Origin: Candidatus Poseidoniales archaeon
Lineage (GTDB): Archaea > Thermoplasmatota > Poseidoniia > Poseidoniales > Thalassarchaeaceae
NCBI GenBank assembly: GCA_012964335.1
Contig: DTUF01000022.1
Span: forward strand, 30,195 to 94,194
DNA length: 64,000 nucleotides
Reading direction: 5' to 3'
Shown in pieces: positions 1 to 9,235 of the stretch. Below the pieces are notes generated by a model. It ran no database searches, had not been told where the DNA came from, and saw only the letters and a list, made by a program, of their open reading frames with translations. A program made the position numbers and the translations under genes. How positions within the stretch are numbered: the first letter of the stretch is position 1; each line of letters opens with the position of its first letter.

Positions 1-150
1 GATGTGACGGTCAAACATATTAGAAGACCACATCTGAAACATACATTCTCTCGTTCGCAGTCTTGGTGGGAACCAGTAATCATCCTGTCCTATTTGAGAA
101 TACCACTTTGAAAAGCGGTGGGCTGCACGGGCCCAATTACTCTCAACCAT
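1..150 (-). CDS. priS: DNA primase small subunit PriS, N-terminal part (runs off window edge)
   Basis: Not in the ORF track. Manual translation from ATG at 150 gives MVESNWARAAHRFSKWYSQIGQDDYWFPPRLRTRECMFQMWSSNMFDRHI, open to the edge and resembling the archaeal PriS N-terminus (F..YY...PP....REF.F.....M.RH). Confidence 0.6.
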   Translation of the reverse strand, partial: MVESNWARAAHRFSKWYSQIGQDDYWFPPRLRTRECMFQMWSSNMFDRHI

Positions 151-195
151 CTAAATCACTAGGCCCTAAAGCACTACGGCACTTGAACGACGCGA

Positions 196-390
196 TTATT
201 CTATTGGTAATCCTGACACGGATTGACCATCTGATGAAGGTGTCAATCCTGTTTCAGACTGATAACAATCAAAGCATGAAAATTTATCGTCAATAGGAAT
301 CGATTGGCCAAATGTTAGTCTAGCACCACAGAAATCACAAATTGGTCCAATTTCTCCTTGGTGAATTCCTAATCTTGAGACATCAGGCAT
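196..390 (-). CDS. small zinc-finger protein (CxxC...CxxC)
   Basis: 64 aa, ATG start, CDFC and CFDC motifs, co-oriented with priS. Confidence 0.6.
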   Translation of the reverse strand: MPDVSRLGIHQGEIGPICDFCGARLTFGQSIPIDDKFSCFDCYQSETGLTPSSDGQSVSGLPIE

Positions 391-506
391 GTTACCACTA
401 CAACATTGCCGGGAGCGCCAAGTCTTTGAGCCTGTTCATTAAGTGATTTTGAATAACAATCAATTCAAGCATAAAGTTCACAACTAAATTGATGTCGCGC
501 CAACAC

Positions 507-1364
507 ATGAGTGCTGATGACCGGCTTATACGCGTAGGGCATTCGCCCGATCCAGATGATGCATTTATGTTCCACGCATTAACTACTGGATTAGTTAAAA
601 CTCCAGGATTTAGATTTGAGCATGTCTTACTGGATATTGAGACATTGAATGAGAAAGCCATTGCAGAAGAATATGAAGTCAGTGCAGTTAGTATTCACGC
701 TTTTCCTGAAATATCCAATAAATATTCATTGATGAATTGTGGGGCAAGCATGGGTGAAGGATATGGCCCAATGCTTGTTAGTTCTAAAGAGATGACTTTA
801 GAAGAAGCTTGTTCAAAACCTATTGCAATCCCAGGGCAGAAGACCTCGGCACATTTGGCTTTGAAAATGGCATGCGGTAATGTTGAGACAGTTATTGTCC
901 CCTTTGACGAAATTATGCCTAGAATTCAAAGTGGTGAATTTAATAGTGGGGTCATTATTCACGAAGGGCAGTTAACTTGGAAATCTCATGGCATGAACCT
1001 TCTGTTAGATTTAGGTGTATGGTGGAATGAGAGAAACAACGGGCTTCCTCTTCCATTGGGTGGGAACGTTGTCAGGAAAAATCTTGGAAAGGAATTGTGT
1101 GAAGATATTACTGAGTGGGTTAAACAAAGTATTGAGATTGCTATATCAAACCCTGATGAAGCGTTGAAATTTGCAAGGCAATGGGGCAGGGGAATAGATG
1201 AAGAAACGAATTCTAAATTTGTACAAATGTATGTAAATTCTAGAACTATTGATTTTGGTGATGATGGTAGGGAGAGCATTATAAAATTCCTAACAGAAGG
1301 TCAAGAGATCGGAATGATTAACGATGATTTTGACCCAAGTTCAATAGAATTTATTGGTGCATAA
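507..1364 (+). CDS. mqnD: 1,4-dihydroxy-6-naphthoate synthase (futalosine pathway)
   Basis: GHSPDPDDAFMF, DIETLN, IIHEGQLT, DLGxWW and PLPLGGN motifs; ORF opens at 489, ATG 507 chosen. Confidence 0.92.
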   Translation: MSADDRLIRVGHSPDPDDAFMFHALTTGLVKTPGFRFEHVLLDIETLNEKAIAEEYEVSAVSIHAFPEISNKYSLMNCGASMGEGYGPMLVSSKEMTLEEACSKPIAIPGQKTSAHLALKMACGNVETVIVPFDEIMPRIQSGEFNSGVIIHEGQLTWKSHGMNLLLDLGVWWNERNNGLPLPLGGNVVRKNLGKELCEDITEWVKQSIEIAISNPDEALKFARQWGRGIDEETNSKFVQMYVNSRTIDFGDDGRESIIKFLTEGQEIGMINDDFDPSSIEFIGA

Positions 1365-1383
1365 GTTTGTCAGAACAAGATGA

Positions 1384-1417
1384 GAATCATACTTTGTTAT
1401 AACAAGGAATATGATTC
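1384..1417. other. imperfect inverted repeat downstream of mqnD
   Basis: GAATCATA-ct-TTGTTA|TAACAA-ggaa-TATGATTC; possible hairpin or dimeric regulator site. Confidence 0.35.
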
Positions 1418-1674
1418 AGTTTACCCAGCACCGCCAACCAGTAAAACTTCAATGAATTAGCAGTCTGGTTGACCTTCAAGAATACTCAATAGTAAGTCAT
1501 GAGGCAGAAGACGCAATAGGTGCAATTGCACATAATATTGGGGTAAATATTAATCTAAATGTTGAGTGTATTATTGCTTCTTAATCGTGTGAAGTAGAGT
1601 TTGATTTATCAGAATGGACCGTAATTGATTTAGTAGAATATAGGTTAAAATGATACATTCAAGGAGATAATTCT

Positions 1675-4107
1675 TTGGTTGAATCCGTATTCGCAGGACC
1701 GATGAGAAAACATGCGGCCACTTTCTTTCCACTTTTCATCACTGTCGTGATACTGACATCCTCACTTCCAGTAATATCTGAGGTTAATGCCTCAACCGAA
1801 GAAAATTATCCATATAGTGGTAGTATTGTAAATCCTTATTCTTTATCTGGGTCTTCAGAAATCACTTATTCCACTGATGGTACTTTAATTGCAGCAGCTT
1901 TTAATTCAGATGTTGTAATCATTAATGCTCAATACCGGACTTTCATCACAGATATTAGTATTGGCAATAAGATTTTGTCTCTTTCATTTTCTGAAGATGA
2001 TTCTTCACTTCTAGTAGGACTAGAAAGTCCATTCATGAGTACATTAGCTATGGCTATCTATGACACTTCAACTTGGCAGAGAATAGGAGTAAATGAGGAT
2101 GGTAAAGCAGTAAGCGACATCAGTATTTTACCAGGTCAAGAAATTTTTGCTTCAGCGAATGAAAACAATGGTGTGTCAGAATATTTTATCAATGATTCCA
2201 CGCATTCAATCTCAACTTTTGATGGAGAACATACTTCTGATGTAAGTTGTATGGACCATTCACCTAATGGTCAACAACTAGTAACTGGAGGTGAAGATGG
2301 GAATATATTTCTTTGGAATCGATCTTCAATGACAGTAGATATTCCTTGGCAGGTGGGTTTCAGTATCATAGATTGTTCAATTTCACCTGATGGGACCCAA
2401 CTGGCTTGGGTAACCAATTCTCTCCTTCAAGTTAGGACAGTTCCTGACGGTGAGTACATCACATCTCAGAACCTTGTTGGAACTGCAAGTCAATTAGAGT
2501 GGGCTGAAAATGGTGAAGAATTATGGGTATTAATTGAATCAACAACAAATAAATTAACTATTTTTGATGTTACAGATTATTCAATTATCACCTCATTTGA
2601 CTTAGGGCATAAAATTTCACGATTCGCTAAGTCGCCAATTGTCTCAGAGTTTGTTGTCACTACAAATACTCATTTGATTTCTGTCTTTAGGGAGGATGCT
2701 TGGGCTCCCTATTCAGGATTGGCTGGTGCAGATTTGGATGGTGATGGAACCCCAGATAGGTATGATGGCGATGACGACGGTGATGGCTTAGGGGATGATT
2801 TTGAATATTCATGTACAGAAGGTAGTGATTGCGATTTACACCCGCATCCAGATTATATTAGACAAGTCTCTATTAAAATTAACAACAATAAAATTACAAT
2901 TCAAGATACATATCAACTCAATTCTAGTATCAGCGCGCCAATAAGGGAATTAGCATCCTCAGCCGTTGCATCTGATGGATTAGTATCTCAAGGTGAAGCA
3001 ATTAAGATGGAGAAAATGTTGTGTAGCGGTACAAATGCCAACCAAATCAGTTTAGATTGGAACGAGGCACTAAAATTTGATAATTCAGCAATAATTGGAA
3101 CAACTGTTCGATGTGATGCAAAATTAGGATTGATTGGCACTGTCCAACATGATTCTAGTACGCGTATTCAACTCCGTTGGTTTATTGAAATTACTATGGC
3201 AAATAACATTCCTAGACCATTTAACATGTCGTTTAATCCTTCGGTTTCACCCCCATTACATACTATTTCTCAAATTGCTCCAACTTCACCTCTAACATTG
3301 ACTTTAATTCACCAAGGAGATACTGTCTATTACCAAACACCTATTCACACCAGCAGCCCACAATTGTCTATAATAATATTAGCGAAACCAGCTGCAGACC
3401 CCTCTATTATTGACATCTTATTATCTTGGATTGAGAGCAATTATTTACTACTATTAGGTGTAATTATTACGATAGGATTGGGAGTTATATTAGTGGTGCG
3501 AAGAAAGAACAGTATGTTATTCGAGATAGAAGAAGATGAAGAAAATTTATCCATAACAACATCAAGAAGAAGGTCATCTACCAAGAATATGCCATCAGAT
3601 AATATCTCTTCAACAGGGCGCCCTCAACCAATACAACCACCCGAAGGAGTGACTAGCCACCGACCACAACCTGCGCATCGTCCTTCTAATGAACCAATGA
3701 TTCGTCGTGTTAAGAGAGCCCCTGGTTCAGTTTCCCAGTCAGGTAAAGCACCAGAAGGAGAAGAATGGGATTACTCAGAACACGGTGCATACTGGGATAA
3801 GGATGACCCTGATGCTACAGACCCTTATGGGGAGGCCCAAGAGTTCCATAAAGAAGAATTGGCAATTCTAGATATTGCTCAACAAGTTGCTGCAGAAACT
3901 ACAGATGAAGAAATTGAAATTGAATCCCCAATTCAAACCGTAATTGAACCCGATATTGAGGGGTCGGAATCCGACATGGATGCAGCTCTATCGATAATTA
4001 CTAAACCCAAGAAAGTTAAATCAAAAAAATCAACTGATAAATCTGAAGAAGTGGATGGGAAGCCCAAGAAGAAACGTCGAAAAGTAAAACGGCGGAAATC
4101 AAGTTAA
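1675..4107 (+). CDS. membrane-anchored surface protein: WD40/beta-propeller, Asp-rich Ca-binding (TSP3-like) motif, C-terminal TM and acidic/basic tail
   Basis: N-terminal signal-like hydrophobic stretch; WD repeat (HTSDVSCMDHSPNGQQLVTGGEDGNIFLW); DLDGDGTPDRYDGDDDGDGLGD; TM followed by RRK; start may be ATG 1702. Confidence 0.8.
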   Translation: MVESVFAGPMRKHAATFFPLFITVVILTSSLPVISEVNASTEENYPYSGSIVNPYSLSGSSEITYSTDGTLIAAAFNSDVVIINAQYRTFITDISIGNKILSLSFSEDDSSLLVGLESPFMSTLAMAIYDTSTWQRIGVNEDGKAVSDISILPGQEIFASANENNGVSEYFINDSTHSISTFDGEHTSDVSCMDHSPNGQQLVTGGEDGNIFLWNRSSMTVDIPWQVGFSIIDCSISPDGTQLAWVTNSLLQVRTVPDGEYITSQNLVGTASQLEWAENGEELWVLIESTTNKLTIFDVTDYSIITSFDLGHKISRFAKSPIVSEFVVTTNTHLISVFREDAWAPYSGLAGADLDGDGTPDRYDGDDDGDGLGDDFEYSCTEGSDCDLHPHPDYIRQVSIKINNNKITIQDTYQLNSSISAPIRELASSAVASDGLVSQGEAIKMEKMLCSGTNANQISLDWNEALKFDNSAIIGTTVRCDAKLGLIGTVQHDSSTRIQLRWFIEITMANNIPRPFNMSFNPSVSPPLHTISQIAPTSPLTLTLIHQGDTVYYQTPIHTSSPQLSIIILAKPAADPSIIDILLSWIESNYLLLLGVIITIGLGVILVVRRKNSMLFEIEEDEENLSITTSRRRSSTKNMPSDNISSTGRPQPIQPPEGVTSHRPQPAHRPSNEPMIRRVKRAPGSVSQSGKAPEGEEWDYSEHGAYWDKDDPDATDPYGEAQEFHKEELAILDIAQQVAAETTDEEIEIESPIQTVIEPDIEGSESDMDAALSIITKPKKVKSKKSTDKSEEVDGKPKKKRRKVKRRKSS

Positions 4108-4898
4108 ACTTCTAACCACTCGATATCATTTTTTAGGCCACATACTTCTGTAAGAAAGAATTCAAGGCCCCTTACTGAATCTGGTGATAGAATATTTGTT
4201 ACTTCATTGAAGTATCCATTAATTCTCTCTACTGAAAATCCACTTCTAGCCGCAGTGTTCCGAATTACTTCATCTTTTATTTGAGGATTGTCTCTAAAAT
4301 TTATTGCATTAGACAATAAGTCAGTATGAGCTTGTTTTAATTTATCAACGGGTGCTGAAGAAGGAGCAGCAAACACTCCAAAAACCATTGGTAATCCAGT
4401 GAGTTTTTGCCATTCTTCCCCCAGATCCATTTTGACTAATTCAGGACATCTTTGTGCTTCATCAAGTGCTCTGTCTCCAATCAATAATGCTGCATCACAC
4501 TTTGATAGCATTTCTTTTAAATCAGGACCCATATCTACTGTTTTAGGGTCTAATCCCATCTCAGCCAGAATGTATAGTACTAATATTCGAGAAGTAGATG
4601 AATCGGTTGGTAGTGCTATATCTCTGATTTTATCAAGTTCTCTATTACTGAATAACAGCACACTACCAACTGCTCCTTCAGATGCGATTCCAATGTCAGG
4701 AAGTAAAATTAATTCAGAGGAATTAGCAGCGTAATCAGCTGCTGGGATGGGGGCCACGAGACAATCTTTTCGAAGTAGGTGACCCGTTAACCAAGCAGGA
4801 GGGGCTGGTAGTATTGACCATTCTTGAGATAAATTATGAAATAACGGATCACAATTAACAAAAGAAACTCTGCCTAAAATTTCTGACCAATTAACCAC
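4104..4898 (-). CDS. mqnA: chorismate dehydratase (futalosine pathway)
   Basis: GRVSFVNCDPL, GAVGSVLLFS, SSTS, ALLIGDRAL and DLGEEW...TGLPMVFGV motifs. Confidence 0.9.
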   Translation of the reverse strand: MVNWSEILGRVSFVNCDPLFHNLSQEWSILPAPPAWLTGHLLRKDCLVAPIPAADYAANSSELILLPDIGIASEGAVGSVLLFSNRELDKIRDIALPTDSSTSRILVLYILAEMGLDPKTVDMGPDLKEMLSKCDAALLIGDRALDEAQRCPELVKMDLGEEWQKLTGLPMVFGVFAAPSSAPVDKLKQAHTDLLSNAINFRDNPQIKDEVIRNTAARSGFSVERINGYFNEVTNILSPDSVRGLEFFLTEVCGLKNDIEWLEV

Positions 4899-4912
4899 TC
4901 TTAAACACCTCT

Positions 4913-6163
4913 CTAACTGGGTATCATTGGCAATCCGTTATTGTCAGGACGGTTATTTCTGCGAAAATTTCTGAATTGCGTATAATCGGTATTTCTCTCA
5001 ACGGCAACACCTCCAACAGACTCAATCAGATTTGCTAAATCAACGTCTATATCATTGAGTGGAGTTGTTGAACCTGCGAGATGCATGATTTCTTCATGGC
5101 TAACCGTCCCATCAATGTCATCTGCTCCGCTAAGTAAAGCAAGCGCCGAAATCTTGTCCCCGATGTTCATTCGATATGCCTTGATATGAGGGATATTATC
5201 CAACATTATCCGAGCCAATGATATCATTCTTAAAATTTCATTACCAGTTGCTAATTGTGCTTCTGGTAATCTAGATGAATCCGGTAGATATGGATAGGGG
5301 ACAAAACATTGGAATCCAGAAGTTTCATCTTGAAGAATTCTTAACTTATCAAAGTGAATCATTCTTTGTAGAGTAGACTCAACTGTCCCAAATAACATAG
5401 TACAGTTTGTTGGAATTTCAAGTTCATGAGCTATTTTATGAATGTCTAAATATTCTTCTGAGGATTCTTTCCCTTTACAAATTAAATCTCTTATCTCATC
5501 GACAAGGATTTCTGCACCACCCCCTGGGATAGAGTTTAGCCCAGAGTTTTTTAATCTTGAAATTGTTTCAGTAATAGATAGGTTAGAGATTTGTGCAAGA
5601 TGTTTTATTTCCACCGCAGTCAAAGCCTTGAGACTTATATTTGGATATTGAATCTTGAAAGCTTTGAACAGTCCTTGATAATATTCAATATCCCAGTCAG
5701 GGTGTAATCCACCAACAGTATGTACTTCAGTGATAAATTGGGAATAAGGTTCAATTCTATCTAAATATTCTTGAACTGATAATGAATAAGCATCATCTGC
5801 TTTAATTCCTCTTCTGAAAGCACAAAATTTACAAGCCAAGACACAAACATTTGTTTGATTTACATGCAAATTTCTGTTATAGAAAATAGAAGTGCCATAT
5901 CTTGATTGTTTCAAATAATGAGCGACATTGGATAGAGTAGGTAGATCACACTTATTGTGTAAAATTACCCCTTCTTCACAAGAAATTCGTTCGCCTGATA
6001 TTGCTTTATTCAGAATGATTCTAACATCGTCATTAATGGACTCAGGCAACGATGGAATAGTGCTTGTAACTTTATCACCAGTTGAGGGGATCGATGAGAC
6101 ACTCGCGGTGTCTCGCCATTGGAAAGGTGACTCAAGATGCATTTCTCTCAGTTGAGCGCACAA
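4913..6163 (-). CDS. mqnE: aminodeoxyfutalosine synthase, radical SAM (CofH/MqnE family)
   Basis: CVLACKFC radical SAM motif; GLHP, KALTAVEI, PGGGAEI, LQDETSGF and HIKAY motifs; co-oriented with mqnA. Confidence 0.8.
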   Translation of the reverse strand: MCAQLREMHLESPFQWRDTASVSSIPSTGDKVTSTIPSLPESINDDVRIILNKAISGERISCEEGVILHNKCDLPTLSNVAHYLKQSRYGTSIFYNRNLHVNQTNVCVLACKFCAFRRGIKADDAYSLSVQEYLDRIEPYSQFITEVHTVGGLHPDWDIEYYQGLFKAFKIQYPNISLKALTAVEIKHLAQISNLSITETISRLKNSGLNSIPGGGAEILVDEIRDLICKGKESSEEYLDIHKIAHELEIPTNCTMLFGTVESTLQRMIHFDKLRILQDETSGFQCFVPYPYLPDSSRLPEAQLATGNEILRMISLARIMLDNIPHIKAYRMNIGDKISALALLSGADDIDGTVSHEEIMHLAGSTTPLNDIDVDLANLIESVGGVAVERNTDYTQFRNFRRNNRPDNNGLPMIPS

Positions 6164-6196
6164 GTCACCTGCTTTAATGGCTATCAGCGACTTTGT

Positions 6197-9163
6197 TCAA
6201 TTATTAGCGCGTCTAAATTTGAACATAAATTTCCTAAATTCTTCTATCCAAAATACTGATGATGCTACTAAGAACACCATAGCCCAATCACTGAGTTGTA
6301 GAGGAATCGTAGATAAGAAACTGCCAACCGAAATACCTAGGATAGGAATTACAGCATAAGAATTGTGAACTATAGAAACAAGTAAAATTAGACTAATAGC
6401 AAATGACGCACTAATGAATATATTTTGGAATATACCCAGTTCAAATGCAGATTTGTCAATACTTCTACTATTTACTACATTGAATAATTGGAACATTATG
6501 AATGAGGCAAACGCCAATGTGCGAGCGTATTCAAACTTTGATTGTGCATAATTATCCCAAGTTTCAACATCACATTGTCCGGTATCTAAGAAAAATTCTG
6601 GAGATGATACGGCATCTATTCCTGCACAATCCTCGCCGGAAACTAGGCCCCCGCCAGCAAGCGAGAATATTGCTAGAGTACCCAGTACCATTACGCAGCC
6701 GAGGAATCCAATAACTCGCTTATCCATGACATTTGGTAAAGGTTCAGTGAGTGCACGTGGTGGTTCATTCATCACGTCCCCATGTCGCTTTTCTATACCA
6801 AGAGCTAGGGCCGGTGGGCCATCCATTAGTATGTTAATTACAAGAAGTTGGGTTGCTGTCATTGGGAGTTTCCACCCTAAAACAAAGGTGGCAATAATTA
6901 TGAGTAGAAGTGCGGCAACATTTGTTGAAATTTGATAGCGGACGAAATTTCTAATGTTCAAGTATATCTTTCGGCCTTCTTCAATAGAATCTACAATAGA
7001 AGAAAAATTATCATCTTTTAATACCATATCAGCAGCGTCTCTTGCAACGTCTGTTCCTGCTAAGCCCATCGCAATTCCTATGTTCGCGCGTGATAAAGCA
7101 GGTGCATCGTTGTCGCCATCACCAGTCATTGCAACGACATGGCCAATTGATTGTAGCCTTGTTACAATCCTTAACTTTTGGTCTGGGGTAACTCGTGAAA
7201 ACATAACTACCTTTTCGAGTTTCAAATCTAATTCATCGTCAGTTAAATCTTGAAGTTGTCTACCTGTAACAAATTCAGAATCATCTTTGATAATACCTAT
7301 TTCATCACCAATAGCCATGGCTGTCATTTGTTGGTCACCAGTAATCATCATTACACGAACTCCAGCAGCATCACACATTGATATTGCTCCAGCAACTTCT
7401 GGACGTGGGGGATCCATGATCCCTATTAATCCAAGGAAAATTAATCCAGATTCAACGGAATCAATATCCTCCATATCTTCTTCGCCACTTAAGGGGCGAG
7501 CAGTCAGCGCAATTACCCGAAGGGCTTGAGTAGCCATTTCTAGATTAACTTCCCCAATTCTATCTCTGTGTGTGTCACCAATAGGAACTACACGTCCATT
7601 TTCAACAACATGGGTAATTCTTGAGAGGTATGGCCCAATTGCTCCCTTAGAAAATACCCACCTGCCACCTTCGTACTCATGAATTGTTGTCATTCGTTTA
7701 CGATTTCTATCAAATGTGAATTCTTTAAATCGAGGATGTTTTCGGCGGAAGGTGTCCACGGATTCTAACATTTTCCACCCAAATACTGCTGAAGCGATAT
7801 CTGTTGGATTTCCAATACCTTTCCATTCATTATCTATATGGCGAATATTGCTATTTTGACATAACAGTGAACAGGCCATGGCTAATTTGAACCCTTTTTG
7901 AACCTTTAATTCGGCAAAATCTTGTTCATCAATTTCTTTCTTTCCAATTCTTAATTTTCCATAAGTGGGGTCAAAACCTGAGCCTGAGACAGAATAAAGT
8001 TCATCACCACAGAAAAATGAGCGAACAGACATTTCATTTCTAGTTAAAGTTCCAGTTTTATCCGTGCAAATGATAGTTGCAGAACCTAATGTTTCAACAA
8101 CCTTCATCCTAGATACTATAGCATTCTTGGCGGACATGTTTTGCATTCCAATCGCTAAAGTAATAACCAATATAATTGGTAATCCCTCTGGTACAATTGC
8201 TACAAATATCACAACTGCAATTATGAATTGGTCTGCGATTACTTGCTTTAAGGCGAGGCCAGTGACACCATCAATCATAGCTAATAAAATATTGAATCCT
8301 ACTATTACAACTGCTGAAATAATAGCAATCATTGCAAGATATCTACCTAAGGAACCAAGTTTAATTTCTAGAGGGGTCTTAGGAGTTACCACACCACTTA
8401 GACCGGTTGCAATATCTCCAACTCTTGTACCCATTCCTGTTTTTACTACAATTCCTAATCCACGTCCTGACGAAACAACAGTGCCCATAAAAGCCATATT
8501 TATCATATCTTGAAGAATGGAATTTTCATCACAAATATCTACTTCTTTGTATACTACATCGGATTCCCCAGTTAATGATGATTCGTTAATGGATAGTTGG
8601 TGGACTTCTAACAACCTAATATCAGCAGGAACATTAAGTCCATCTTCTAACCAAACAATATCACCTGGGACAACTTCCTCTATCGATAATCGGTGTTCCA
8701 TTCCGTCCCGTAATACAATACAATGGCATACAAGCAATTTCTTTAGCGAATCCATCGCTTTCTCGGCTTTTGCCTCCTGAATGTAAGATAATACAGCATT
8801 CAATGTCAATGCAATACAGATGAAAATCGGTGTGCCAAGGTCATCTCTATCTGCCACGAATGCTATTATTGCTGCGAACAACAACAAATACACCATTGGG
8901 TCCCTAAAGTGATCTAATAATTTTAAGATAGGGTGTCTTGGTTTTTTTCCTTCAAGTTTATTTTCACCATACTTTTCTCGTCTACTAATTACTTCCTCTG
9001 TAGAAAGACCATCAATTGTACTGTTCAAATTTGAAAATACATTCTCCAATGGGATAGAATGCCAAAGTGGCTCGACGACGCCGTTATCTGAATTTTCTAT
9101 TGAATCTAGAGATGGCATCCGCTCCCCCATCCGTAGCACATTCGGGTTCCTATTTGTAGACAC
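6197..9163 (-). CDS. cation-transporting P-type ATPase (type II, Ca2+-ATPase-like)
   Basis: LTGES, PEGLP, DKTGTLT, DPPR, MITGD and TGDGDND motifs. Confidence 0.95.
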   Translation of the reverse strand: MSTNRNPNVLRMGERMPSLDSIENSDNGVVEPLWHSIPLENVFSNLNSTIDGLSTEEVISRREKYGENKLEGKKPRHPILKLLDHFRDPMVYLLLFAAIIAFVADRDDLGTPIFICIALTLNAVLSYIQEAKAEKAMDSLKKLLVCHCIVLRDGMEHRLSIEEVVPGDIVWLEDGLNVPADIRLLEVHQLSINESSLTGESDVVYKEVDICDENSILQDMINMAFMGTVVSSGRGLGIVVKTGMGTRVGDIATGLSGVVTPKTPLEIKLGSLGRYLAMIAIISAVVIVGFNILLAMIDGVTGLALKQVIADQFIIAVVIFVAIVPEGLPIILVITLAIGMQNMSAKNAIVSRMKVVETLGSATIICTDKTGTLTRNEMSVRSFFCGDELYSVSGSGFDPTYGKLRIGKKEIDEQDFAELKVQKGFKLAMACSLLCQNSNIRHIDNEWKGIGNPTDIASAVFGWKMLESVDTFRRKHPRFKEFTFDRNRKRMTTIHEYEGGRWVFSKGAIGPYLSRITHVVENGRVVPIGDTHRDRIGEVNLEMATQALRVIALTARPLSGEEDMEDIDSVESGLIFLGLIGIMDPPRPEVAGAISMCDAAGVRVMMITGDQQMTAMAIGDEIGIIKDDSEFVTGRQLQDLTDDELDLKLEKVVMFSRVTPDQKLRIVTRLQSIGHVVAMTGDGDNDAPALSRANIGIAMGLAGTDVARDAADMVLKDDNFSSIVDSIEEGRKIYLNIRNFVRYQISTNVAALLLIIIATFVLGWKLPMTATQLLVINILMDGPPALALGIEKRHGDVMNEPPRALTEPLPNVMDKRVIGFLGCVMVLGTLAIFSLAGGGLVSGEDCAGIDAVSSPEFFLDTGQCDVETWDNYAQSKFEYARTLAFASFIMFQLFNVVNSRSIDKSAFELGIFQNIFISASFAISLILLVSIVHNSYAVIPILGISVGSFLSTIPLQLSDWAMVFLVASSVFWIEEFRKFMFKFRRANN

Positions 9164-9235
9164 GGGTCAAATTCGAATCGTAAAACATAACAGTTTCATC
9201 CGTAGCATTGACTAACTAATCCCCCTGCGAAGTAT

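Noticed and set aside
63-296. Plus-strand 77-aa ORF
   Set aside because: Overlaps the better supported minus-strand priS start and Zn-finger gene; no motifs
2725-2805. GAT/GGT-rich stretch as a DNA tandem repeat
   Set aside because: Explained by the Asp/Gly-rich Ca-binding motif inside the CDS
1675-4107. Archaeosortase substrate
   Set aside because: No PGF-like motif before the TM, and the TM is followed by about 200 aa rather than a short basic terminus
4913-6163. CofH (F420 synthesis) or MqnC call
   Set aside because: GLHP, TAVEI and HIKAY motifs plus linkage to mqnA favour MqnE; no cofG nearby
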